A DNA stretch of 21,683 nt from Methanocellales archaeon (GTDB lineage: Archaea > Halobacteriota > JAWCLZ01). Position 1 is the stretch's first letter, and each line of letters opens with the position of its first letter. Of this stretch, positions 7,747 to 16,521 are shown in pieces. The notes beneath the pieces are model-generated. The model was given only the letters and a program-made list of their open reading frames with translations, searched no databases and was not told the DNA's origin. The position numbers and the translations under genes are program-made. The DNA is taken from assembly GCA_038850285.1 (NCBI GenBank), contig JAWCMA010000020.1, positions 1 through 21,683 of the forward strand, in the 5' to 3' direction.

Positions 7747-9396
7747 CTAAAATATATCAAGTGCTCTTGAGAGCACCTCTCGCCCGCGATAATCAGGAAG
7801 GAGTATTGGGGCTTTTCTATTAGTAACTATTCCTGCTTCCCTAAGCATGACTTCATAGTGCGCGAGATGCGCAAGGGATAGCTTGCCTATCCTAGCAGTT
7901 TTCGCATGCTTCGCTGCATATATACCTGCTCTCCTGCCAAATACGCAGTAATCGAGAACTGAGTTGCCCATTAATCGATTCTTGCCATGCACCCCTCCTG
8001 TTACTTCGCCCGCAGCAAACAAGCCTTTTCTGGTTGTTTGAGCATATTCATCTATTTCAACACCGCCATTTTGATAGTGAAGAGTTGGAAATGTAAGTAT
8101 GGGGTCTTTGGTCATATCTATATCGAAGCGCTTGTACTGGCGATACATGGCAGCGAGTTCCCTTTGAATCGTGCCCTCGCCGCGGATTAATTCAATCAGC
8201 GGTGAATCAAGCCATACTCCACGCAGCCCTGTTGGCGTGACTATGCCATTGTCTCTCTCGTAGCACTCGCGAATTATCGCTGCACTCTCCACATCCCTAG
8301 GCTCAAGGGGATAGACAAACATTTCTCCATATTTATTCACCGGCTGAGCGCCTAATCCGCGGACCTTCTCTGTTATGAGCAAGCCCACGATTTGCTCGGG
8401 ATAAGCCGCACCAGTTGGATGGTATTGAACTGCATCCATGTCTCGCAGCTTCGCACCTGCGTGATATGCCATTACCACTCCATCAGCAGTTGCCCCATAG
8501 TGATTGGTAGTGGGGAAGTTTTGAATATGCAATCTCCCGAAGCCACCGGTTGCTAGAATTGTTGCCTTTGCTCTTGCTATGTAGTATTGAGTGGTTTCCA
8601 TATTATATAGCACAGCTCCAGCTGCTTGCCCAAACTCGTCGAGTATGAGTTCCACTGCTGAAGTGAATTCCAAAGTTGGTATTTCAAGATTGCGCGCTTC
8701 ATCTCGAAGTATTCTAACGATTTCCATACCTGTATAATCTTTACAGGAAAGCATGCGCTTTCTCGAAGTTCCCCCACCGTGGATTCCAAGCAGGTCGCCC
8801 TTTGAATCTCTATCGAAAATAACTCCAAGTTGAGCTAGCCATTTAATTAGCATTGGTCCATCGCTTACAAGTGCTCTTACGAGCTCTGGTTTATTGGTGA
8901 AGTGCCCCCCTCCTAGAGCATCGAGGTAGTGTATCAGGGGGCTATCATTTGGCTTAGTAGCAGCTTGCACTCCTCCCTGGGACATAATTGAGTTGGAATC
9001 GCCCAAGCGCAGTTTTTGCACGATTAATATCTCCTCTGGTTTAATCCCGCTGGAGCATGCCCACAATGCTGCAACTAAACCCGCGCCTCCCCCTCCAATT
9101 ATGAGTATATCGCAATCGTAGTCGATGCGTGTTAGATCCACATCTTCGGGTTTAATAACAGAATGAGCTTCCAGTAGATCTGCAACTTCATTTGGCACGA
9201 GATCACCCTTATTGGGTCCTATTTTAAGAGCTCTTTTCGCTCCTGCAATGAAATCAGGGTGATATTTGTGGAGGACTTCTTCCCGCTCCACCATCGACAT
9301 GGGTTTGAAGACTTCTTTGACTCTTCGCGCTCGAGTTTGCTCAACTTTATCTATCAACTCGCGCATATACTCAGGATAGCCTCTAATGAGCTTCAT
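7747..9396 (-). CDS. Succinate dehydrogenase/fumarate reductase-family flavoprotein (SdhA/TfrA-like, probably non-covalent FAD)
   Basis: Motifs IIGGGGAG, SNSIMSQGG (no covalent-FAD His), HGGGTSRKR, ATGGFG, QYHPTG, LITEKVRG, EPRDV, LHYQNGG, AAGEV and HGKNRLMGNS. About 95-aa N-terminal extension and a short C-terminus. Confidence 0.85.
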   Translation of the reverse strand: MKLIRGYPEYMRELIDKVEQTRARRVKEVFKPMSMVEREEVLHKYHPDFIAGAKRALKIGPNKGDLVPNEVADLLEAHSVIKPEDVDLTRIDYDCDILIIGGGGAGLVAALWACSSGIKPEEILIVQKLRLGDSNSIMSQGGVQAATKPNDSPLIHYLDALGGGHFTNKPELVRALVSDGPMLIKWLAQLGVIFDRDSKGDLLGIHGGGTSRKRMLSCKDYTGMEIVRILRDEARNLEIPTLEFTSAVELILDEFGQAAGAVLYNMETTQYYIARAKATILATGGFGRLHIQNFPTTNHYGATADGVVMAYHAGAKLRDMDAVQYHPTGAAYPEQIVGLLITEKVRGLGAQPVNKYGEMFVYPLEPRDVESAAIIRECYERDNGIVTPTGLRGVWLDSPLIELIRGEGTIQRELAAMYRQYKRFDIDMTKDPILTFPTLHYQNGGVEIDEYAQTTRKGLFAAGEVTGGVHGKNRLMGNSVLDYCVFGRRAGIYAAKHAKTARIGKLSLAHLAHYEVMLREAGIVTNRKAPILLPDYRGREVLSRALDIF

Positions 9397-9398
9397 AT

Positions 9399-10103
9399 TT
9401 ATCTCTCCACGTCTCTCTTTACATAGAGTTCTTTAAGTTCCTTTACACTCATTTTCATAAGTCGATCCATCTCTGCCTCGTATTTCTTTTCCTCTATTTC
9501 TCTAACTCGGTCTTCAAGGTGCCTCGGGATTTTTAGATAATATTTGCCATACAACCGCCTTGCCAGCTGTGCAACGTGATAGTGAGCTATTTCCGCGGGA
9601 CAGCGGGCAGCGCATAAGCCGCACTGGATGCAGTCAAAGGATAGCTCAGCCACTTTTTTAAGATCGCCGCGCAGAGCAGCTTGAATGTAGTCCATAGTTA
9701 ATAGCTCCTGTGGACACGCTTTAGCGCAGGTGTTGCATGAAACGCAGCGAGCGATCTCAGGGTAATATTTTAAAATTGTTAAAACATTTGGCTCTACCTT
9801 AGCGAGATCGTAAATTTGCTTGTTAGCAGGTATGAAGGGGATTTGAGCTATATACATTCCATCTTCAACCGTGGTTTGACAAGCTAGAGCGATTCTAAGC
9901 TTGTAATCATCTTTTAAGCGATAGATAGTTGCACAAGCACCGCAGAATCCACCTCGGCATCCAGATCCGCGTATATATCTATACCCCGCATATTCCACTG
10001 CCTTCATAATTGTAAGCCCAGCGGGCACTTTATATTCCCTGCCCATGATGTAGATGCGTACCATTGGCATTTTAACTTCCTCTTCCACCAATGTTACTTC
10101 CAT
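9399..10103 (-). CDS. SdhB/FrdB-like iron-sulfur protein ([2Fe-2S] plus 2x[4Fe-4S])
   Basis: GCRGGFCGAC...ACQ fits a 2Fe-2S site, and CVSCNTCAKACP and CIQCGLCAARCP fit 4Fe-4S sites. It lies 2 nt from the flavoprotein gene and has no CCG domain. Confidence 0.85.
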   Translation of the reverse strand: MEVTLVEEEVKMPMVRIYIMGREYKVPAGLTIMKAVEYAGYRYIRGSGCRGGFCGACATIYRLKDDYKLRIALACQTTVEDGMYIAQIPFIPANKQIYDLAKVEPNVLTILKYYPEIARCVSCNTCAKACPQELLTMDYIQAALRGDLKKVAELSFDCIQCGLCAARCPAEIAHYHVAQLARRLYGKYYLKIPRHLEDRVREIEEKKYEAEMDRLMKMSVKELKELYVKRDVER

Positions 10104-10109
10104 TTTTTC

Positions 10110-11225
10110 TCACCCCAGCTGTTCAAACTCTTCTTCTTTAAACATCACCAGCGGCAGAGGCTCCTCTAGGCTTCTGCCTGGTATATATTCAAATTCCCTT
10201 TGAGCATTTGTTCCAACGAGCTTGAAGATTTTGAGAAGGGGAATACCACTTGGACAGGCTTGCTCGCACATTCCACACGCGACGCAGGAAACAGCCATAT
10301 GTGCCATTCTCCCTAAGTGGAACATCAAGATATCAAGAGGTAGTTTCACAATACCCTTGCTTTCAGCTTTTCTTAAATATTTATCAGATGGATATTCAAA
10401 TGCAGTTGATTCGAAGAAGCATTCTTTGCAGTAGCAAATTGGACATACACTCTTGCAGTTTCGGCAGGAGATGCAGGTTGAGAAAATATTAATTAGATTC
10501 GTCAATCCAGCTATTTCTCTTCGAGTTTCCTCCAGAAATCTCTCCACTTTTTTGTTTCTAGCCTCAAGCTCCTTAGAAAGTGCTTCTTCCCTCTGCTTCA
10601 AAAGAGCTTCGCCATCTAAATTGAGACCGCTTTTTTCTAGCAATCTCGCTCCCACATCGCTATTTGCCTTCACCAGCAATTCCTTTCCATTCAATCCAAA
10701 AAAGCCTATGGTTATATCGGTATTCAAGGAAGTGGGATATTCACAGTATTTACACGCGCTGCGAAGCTTTTCCTCTTCCAGTCCCTTTCTAGCTTGGCTT
10801 AAGAGTCGCTCAGTTGGATTTTCATTCCGCTCAACCATGGCTTTATAATCCTCTACGCTATAAGTCCCAAAGCAATCGATTCCAATCGTAATTATATTTT
10901 CTAAATTAGCTTGCTTCAATTTAACAAGCTCAATTAAAGCTCGCATTTCACAGGGCTTGAGTACAGCTGCAATTTTCTTCTTGCTCGGCGTAACCAAAGT
11001 TAGATTTGAAATCACCAATGCGCTGTTCAAGGGCATAACTGATGCCAGGGGATTGGCAATGCTGAGCCTCTCAGGCTGAGTTATCAAGGTTGGAAATGCA
11101 CTTAAATTTGAACTTGCTTCAGTTGGCACTAGAATTGCATCTACCAAGCGCTGAGCGAGAATGCTAGCGAGAAATGAATTCAAACTAGCTCTCTCACTTT
11201 TTTCAATCTTTAATCTAGCGTTCAA
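10110..11225 (-). CDS. FdhB/FrhB-family (F420-interacting beta subunit-like) Fe-S protein
   Basis: LKPCEMRALIELVKLKQANLENIITIGIDCFG and RSACKYC match the FrhB/FdhB C-domain. CISCRNCKSVCPICYCKEC and HMAVSCVACGMCEQACP match the FdhB ferredoxin part. TTG start with SD GAGGTG. Confidence 0.82.
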   Translation of the reverse strand: MNARLKIEKSERASLNSFLASILAQRLVDAILVPTEASSNLSAFPTLITQPERLSIANPLASVMPLNSALVISNLTLVTPSKKKIAAVLKPCEMRALIELVKLKQANLENIITIGIDCFGTYSVEDYKAMVERNENPTERLLSQARKGLEEEKLRSACKYCEYPTSLNTDITIGFFGLNGKELLVKANSDVGARLLEKSGLNLDGEALLKQREEALSKELEARNKKVERFLEETRREIAGLTNLINIFSTCISCRNCKSVCPICYCKECFFESTAFEYPSDKYLRKAESKGIVKLPLDILMFHLGRMAHMAVSCVACGMCEQACPSGIPLLKIFKLVGTNAQREFEYIPGRSLEEPLPLVMFKEEEFEQLG

Positions 11226-11227
11226 TA

Positions 11228-11644
11228 CTACACCTCCCAGTGTGCTTTAACTGAATTGGGACCTAGCTTGCGCATTTCCTCAGTCATCTTAGTCACGGTT
11301 TCAGCGAACTTCTTACTTTCATCTGCACCTATCCACTTCAGCCAGATGCGCTCCTCCTCTAAACCAAGGGTTCTGAATATATTTTTAATCAATGCAATTC
11401 TTCTTCTAGCTTTATAATTACCATTTATATAGTGGCAGTCACCGGGATGGCAGCCTCCTATGAACACACCATCTGCGCCATCGAGATATGCTCTAATTAC
11501 ATAAACTGGATCAACGCTTCCACTGCACATCACTCGCACAGCATAGAAATTCGCGGGATAGCGAAGTCTAGTGGTACCAGCTAAATCCGCTGCGCTTGAA
11601 GTGCACCAGTTGCAGAGGAATCCTATCACTCTTGGTTCAAACAT
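11228..11644 (-). CDS. mvhD: MvhD/FlpD [2Fe-2S] electron-transfer subunit
   Basis: Motifs FLCNWC..AADLAG, RVMCSG.VDP and GADGVFIGGCHPGDCHYINGN. All ligands are Cys, with no Sec. Confidence 0.95.
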   Translation of the reverse strand: MFEPRVIGFLCNWCTSSAADLAGTTRLRYPANFYAVRVMCSGSVDPVYVIRAYLDGADGVFIGGCHPGDCHYINGNYKARRRIALIKNIFRTLGLEEERIWLKWIGADESKKFAETVTKMTEEMRKLGPNSVKAHWEV

Positions 11645-14577
11645 TATGATCCCTCTTCCAATGCGAGGTCAATCATGGAGATAGCTTGATCAGCGCGGAG
11701 CTTGAGCAATTGAGCAGCTCCGCTTGGGCAAGCTGCAGCGCAGGCGCCGCAGCCTTTGCATATGTATTCGATTACTTCTACAACTTTATCCTCTTCATTC
11801 ATTCTTCTAGCACCAAATGGGCAAACTTCAATGCAGAGCCCGCAGCCAACGCACCATCTTTTGCTAACACTAGCTATGAACCTGCTCGCAGGCGTATTAT
11901 TTCTGCTTAATAAAATTGACACTCTAGCTGCAGCTGCAAGTCCCTGGGTAATCGATTCCTTAACACCGCGAGGTGAATGAGCCAAGCCAGCTATATAAAT
12001 TCCATCTACTGCAAAATCCACTGGTCTGAATTTTGAATTTGCCTCTTTGAAAAAGCCATCTTCATCGAGTTCGACTTTTAATAGCTCTGCGAGCCCCGGG
12101 TTATCTTTACTGGGCACTATGCCTGTGCTGAGCACTATCAAGCTCGGGCTAATTGCAATCTCTTCCTTCAGCAGTGAATCGATGAATCTAAGGGTTAGGC
12201 TGCTGTTGTTCAGCTCAATCGATGGAGAGCCCTCATATTTTAAAAAGGTAATCCCCATTTTCCTTGCTAAAGTATAATAATGCTCCGCAAATCCATATGC
12301 CACAATATCTTTATTTAAGATGTAAATCTCAACCTCAGGGTTTTTTTCCTTTAATTTAATTGCATTTTTTATAGCAGCTGCACAGCAGATTCTTGAGCAA
12401 TATCTATTTCGCTCGTTCCTCGAGCCTATGCACTGCAGCATAACAACGCTTTTAATTTTAAGTAAATCGTTTTTTAAAATTTTAGCCTCGAGCTCTCGCT
12501 GAGTAATAATTCTGGGATCCTTCCCATATAAATATCCACTTGGGAGGTATTCCTCTCCTCCAGTTGCGAGTACAACTGCGCCATAGCTTTGCATTTTTTC
12601 CACCGCATTGCCTTTTATCTTTGCAGTGTAATTACCAGCGTAGCCATACAATTCAACAACCATTGAGTTTTTATAAACATTGATTAACTTTTGGTTCTCA
12701 ATCGCTTGAATGACTAACTCAAGCAGCTTTTCAACATCCTCACCTTCAAGGGTATATTTTAAGTACTTTAAATTCCCTCCTAATTCACTGGTTTTCTCCA
12801 CAAGGTCAACTTCATAGCCAGCATTGGCAATGCCTAGAGCTGCTTCCATCCCTGCTATTCCCCCTCCTATTACCAAGGCTCTCTGTACTATCTCGGCTTT
12901 CAATGGAGCTTTAATTTTGCCTTTGCTTTTAAGCTTCTCAATTGCTAGGTCTATATTTTTCTTAATTCTCCAACCATCGCCAAGGTGTTTTATGTCCACA
13001 ATTTCCACATTCTCAAAGGGAAGGCCTATCGTTTCTTTAACCACGGTTTCAATTCCATATGGAGCACAAGCAGCTATAACAACTCTATCTACCTCGCTGC
13101 CTATTAGCGAGCGAATCTTCGCAAGATCTTGGCAGAGGTAATCTAATACTTCTACCTTAATTTCATCGATATATTTCTCCCTCAATTTCGATGCCTCGCT
13201 AATCTCCCCTCCACAGGTACAAATGAGCAAGCTCATATTGGCTCCTCTAGTTCCTCTTTCCTCGAATTTTGGCTGCATTTCCACAGCAAGTTCTGACTTG
13301 CTAAGTAACTGCATTACTCCCGCTACAGCGGCACTTGCTTCAGTTATTGCATCCGGTATATCCTTTGGCTCTGTAAATGAACCACAAACATAGATTCCTT
13401 TGCGGGTGCTTTCAACTGGATTAAATGCTTTTGTCTTTGCAAATCCCCATTCATTAAGCTCTATATTAAATATCCTGCTGAATTTTTCCCAGCCGCGAGG
13501 TGCCGCTTGCCCAGCTGAGAGCACTACCAGGTCAAAGAATTCCTTTTTACCTTCATCATTCTCATCAACGTAGGAAACCGCTAGTTTACCATTAGAAGTG
13601 CTTTCTATCACTGGTACTCGGCAGCGGATAAATTTTATTCCCTTTTGCTTGGCATTTTCATAGTATCGATGATAGCCTTTCCCAAAACATCGAAGATCCA
13701 TGTAATAAATGGTTATATCTAGATCAGGTGCTCTCTCCTTAGCTATAATAGCTTCTTTTAAAGCATACATGCAGCAAGCAGATGAGCAGTAGTCCCTCTT
13801 AAAATCTCTAGATCCCACGCACTGCAGAAATGCAATTCTCTCGAGCTTAGAGCCGGTGGAGGGACGCACGAGGTTGCCATAGCTCGGGCCATAGCCGCAT
13901 AGCAAGCGTTCGAATTCCAAGCTTGTAACTACATCAGGATATCTACCATGCTTGTACTGCCTGAGGGTATCAACATCCATACCTTCGAAGCCAGGGGCGA
14001 GAATTATCGCACCAACTTCAAGTGATATCAACTCAGCTTTTGCCTCTAAATCAACTGCCTTTGTAGGACATATCTCAGCGCACTTACCGCATTTAATGCA
14101 GTTTATCCAGTCAATTACATAGACATTGGGATAGCATAAGGGATACCTCACATAGATTGCCTTTCGCTTACTGAAATTCCCACTGAATTCATCGCTAACT
14201 TCGATCGAGCACGCTTCAGCACATTTATCGCAAGCGATACATTTCGCCTCATTTACCCCTCTAGCTTTTTTAATCACATCTACCTTGAATTTACCAGCTT
14301 CCCCCTCAACTCTTGCAACTTCTGCATTTGTGATCAACCTAATATTTTTATGAGCTAGGACTCTTCGCAAGCAAAACTCTTCACATGCATCTCTATCAAA
14401 GAGAGGTAGAATCTGGCACAAACCACAGCGATTATTTGGAAACTGCCGATCTAATTGCGAGATTTTCCCTCCAATGCTAGGCTGTTTTTCAACAACTGTA
14501 ACTCTATATCCATATTCGGCTAGCTCTAAAGCAGCCTTCATACCTGCAACTCCCGCGCCAACCACGAGTACCTGCAT
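11644..14577 (-). CDS. hdrA: Large HdrA-like protein with two tandem FAD/HdrA core domains
   Basis: Two GxGxxG sites (VVGAGVAG, VIGGGIAG) and two CxGSR..YCSxxCC motifs. The first half has an inserted 2x[4Fe-4S] domain, and there is a C-terminal ferredoxin (CVGCGLCIEVCP, CKGCGACAAACP). 977 aa. Confidence 0.9.
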   Translation of the reverse strand: MQVLVVGAGVAGMKAALELAEYGYRVTVVEKQPSIGGKISQLDRQFPNNRCGLCQILPLFDRDACEEFCLRRVLAHKNIRLITNAEVARVEGEAGKFKVDVIKKARGVNEAKCIACDKCAEACSIEVSDEFSGNFSKRKAIYVRYPLCYPNVYVIDWINCIKCGKCAEICPTKAVDLEAKAELISLEVGAIILAPGFEGMDVDTLRQYKHGRYPDVVTSLEFERLLCGYGPSYGNLVRPSTGSKLERIAFLQCVGSRDFKRDYCSSACCMYALKEAIIAKERAPDLDITIYYMDLRCFGKGYHRYYENAKQKGIKFIRCRVPVIESTSNGKLAVSYVDENDEGKKEFFDLVVLSAGQAAPRGWEKFSRIFNIELNEWGFAKTKAFNPVESTRKGIYVCGSFTEPKDIPDAITEASAAVAGVMQLLSKSELAVEMQPKFEERGTRGANMSLLICTCGGEISEASKLREKYIDEIKVEVLDYLCQDLAKIRSLIGSEVDRVVIAACAPYGIETVVKETIGLPFENVEIVDIKHLGDGWRIKKNIDLAIEKLKSKGKIKAPLKAEIVQRALVIGGGIAGMEAALGIANAGYEVDLVEKTSELGGNLKYLKYTLEGEDVEKLLELVIQAIENQKLINVYKNSMVVELYGYAGNYTAKIKGNAVEKMQSYGAVVLATGGEEYLPSGYLYGKDPRIITQRELEAKILKNDLLKIKSVVMLQCIGSRNERNRYCSRICCAAAIKNAIKLKEKNPEVEIYILNKDIVAYGFAEHYYTLARKMGITFLKYEGSPSIELNNSSLTLRFIDSLLKEEIAISPSLIVLSTGIVPSKDNPGLAELLKVELDEDGFFKEANSKFRPVDFAVDGIYIAGLAHSPRGVKESITQGLAAAARVSILLSRNNTPASRFIASVSKRWCVGCGLCIEVCPFGARRMNEEDKVVEVIEYICKGCGACAAACPSGAAQLLKLRADQAISMIDLALEEGS

Positions 14578-14580
14578 TCC

Positions 14581-16521
14581 TTAGCCCCCTAGAATAGCGC
14601 TCACCATTTCGAAGATCTGCTTCTTGGTATAATTTCTATGCTGCATAGCACCACTTGGGCAAGCTGCAGCGCAAGCACCGCAGCCCTCACACATCCCCTC
14701 GTTCACAGTTGCAATTCCAAGATCGCGATCAAGCTTTGCAGCGCCATAGGCGCAAACGGCTTCGCAGTTTCCACAGCCCACGCATATCTCCTCATCCACA
14801 TATGCAATAATGGGATCATGAGTTAGCTTCTCCACCGAGAACAATGCAGTCACCTTAGCAGCGGCTCCACTCGCATGAGCTACAGTATCAGGTATATCTC
14901 GAGGCGATTGAGAAGTACCCGCTAGGTATATACCTGGAGTTAAACTCTCCAGCGGCCTTAGCTTAGGATGGGCTTCGGTTAAGAAACCATATTCATCTAT
15001 AGCTATTCTCAACTTACGTGCTATCTCACGTGCATCACTGCTAGCCAGCATGGCAGTTGCCAGCACCACCAAATCAGCCTTAACCTCAACCTTCTCCCCA
15101 CTAAGCGTATCCTCACCCCACACAATGAGTTTGCCATCTTCCTCAAAAACCCTTGAAACCCTGCCTCGAATATAAAGCACTCCTTCTTCCTCAATCGCTC
15201 GCCTTACAAATTCTTCATAGCCCTTACCAAAAGCTCTAACATCCATATAAAAAACATAAGCCTGGCCATCTGGAACTCTATGTTTAAAGAGCATAGCATG
15301 CTTAGCGGTATACATACAGCAAACTCTGGAGCAATAGGGAACGCCTCTCTCGGGATCTCGAGATCCAACGCATTGTATGAATACCACTTCCTTTGGAATT
15401 TTTCCATCAGATGGCCGCAGTATCTCCCCACCAGTAGGCCCACTCGCACTAAGCAAGCGCTCAAACTGAAGCGAATCAATAACATCTTCATATCTTCCAT
15501 AGCAATATTCAGCGAAGCGCTCAAGAGGCATTAATTCATAACCAGTTGCCACAATAATAGCACCAACCTCGAGCTCAATTACTTCATCCTGCATCGCAAA
15601 ATCAATCGCCCCTCTATCCCCACAAGCATCGACGCAGCGATAGCAGCGGATGCAGTGCTTTAAATCTATAATATATTTAGCTGGCACCGCTTGAGGAAAA
15701 GGCAGATAAATAGCCTTCCTAGCACCTATGGAGAGATCAAATTCATTGGGCACTTCCACTGGGCAAACTTTTGCGCAATCCCCGCAGCCCGTGCATTTTT
15801 CATTCACATAGGTTGCTCGTTTCCTGACTTTTACTATGAAATTGCCCACGTAGCCTGAGATTTCCTCCACCTCTGAGGAAACCAGGAGTTTTATATTCTC
15901 GTGCTGCTTTACTTCTACCATTTTAGGCGTTAATATGCACTGGGTGCAGTCAAGGGTTGGAAAGGTCTCGCTCAGCTGAGCCATTTTCCCGCCTATGCTG
16001 GGGAGCTTCTCAACCAAGTATACTTTATACCCAGCATTTGCAATGTCTATCGACACCTGCATCCCCGCAATTCCCCCGCCGATTACCAGGGCTTCTCTTT
16101 TTAGGGGGATTTCAATTGGCTTAAGCGGATTATCAAGCGCTAGCTTTGCAATGGCACTCTTAATTATATCAATTGCTTTCTCGGTGGCTGCTTCTTTATC
16201 CTCGTGGACCCAAGAGCACTGCTCGCGGATATTTGCATTTTCAAATTTATAGGGATTTAAGCCGGCTGAGGCTGCGAGTTTTCTGAAGGTTTGCTCGTGA
16301 AGCGAGGGCGAGCAAGCAGCTATAACCATGCCGTCAAGTTCGAAATCCATAATCGCCTGTTTAATTATATTCTGCCCGGGGTCTGAGCATATATATTTAT
16401 AATGAATTGCATGCACCACTCTTGGATATTTCTTGGTCTCGCTGACCACTTTCTCTACATTTACCACGCCAGCTATATTCTGGCCGCAGTGGCAGACGAA
16501 TACACCTATTCTCCTGCTCAA
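14581..16521 (-). CDS. hdrA: Heterodisulfide reductase subunit A (canonical architecture)
   Basis: Motifs VFVCHCG, ACSP, EQCSWVH, VIGGGIAG, TFPTLDC, inserted ferredoxin, LQFER, QCVGSRD..YCSRVCCMYTAK, EAHPKLRP and a C-terminal 2x[4Fe-4S] domain. TTG start overlapping the hdrB stop. Confidence 0.96.
   Translation of the reverse strand: MSRRIGVFVCHCGQNIAGVVNVEKVVSETKKYPRVVHAIHYKYICSDPGQNIIKQAIMDFELDGMVIAACSPSLHEQTFRKLAASAGLNPYKFENANIREQCSWVHEDKEAATEKAIDIIKSAIAKLALDNPLKPIEIPLKREALVIGGGIAGMQVSIDIANAGYKVYLVEKLPSIGGKMAQLSETFPTLDCTQCILTPKMVEVKQHENIKLLVSSEVEEISGYVGNFIVKVRKRATYVNEKCTGCGDCAKVCPVEVPNEFDLSIGARKAIYLPFPQAVPAKYIIDLKHCIRCYRCVDACGDRGAIDFAMQDEVIELEVGAIIVATGYELMPLERFAEYCYGRYEDVIDSLQFERLLSASGPTGGEILRPSDGKIPKEVVFIQCVGSRDPERGVPYCSRVCCMYTAKHAMLFKHRVPDGQAYVFYMDVRAFGKGYEEFVRRAIEEEGVLYIRGRVSRVFEEDGKLIVWGEDTLSGEKVEVKADLVVLATAMLASSDAREIARKLRIAIDEYGFLTEAHPKLRPLESLTPGIYLAGTSQSPRDIPDTVAHASGAAAKVTALFSVEKLTHDPIIAYVDEEICVGCGNCEAVCAYGAAKLDRDLGIATVNEGMCEGCGACAAACPSGAMQHRNYTKKQIFEMVSAILGG
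14860..14986 (+). repeat. 127-bp exact direct repeat, copy 1 (inside hdrA)
   Basis: AGCGGCTCCACTCGCATGAGC...GGCTTCGGTTAAGAAA is identical to 21557-21683, at an offset of 6697. Confidence 0.97.

Noticed and set aside
7747-9396. L-aspartate oxidase NadB
   Set aside because: It is coupled to an SdhB-like Fe-S gene within an hdr operon and no nadA or nadC is nearby. Not formally excluded without a phylogeny.
11723-11742. 20-nt identity with 14654-14673
   Set aside because: Both encode the conserved CAAACPS ferredoxin motif of paralogous HdrA C-termini, so protein-level conservation explains it.
7747-16521. Interpretation as AprAB-QmoABC (sulfate reduction)
   Set aside because: The flavoprotein has dicarboxylate-site motifs (QYHPT, PRD, NRL) of the Sdh/Frd type rather than AprA motifs. 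Its partner has a 2Fe-2S domain unlike AprB, and no sat or dsr gene is in the window.
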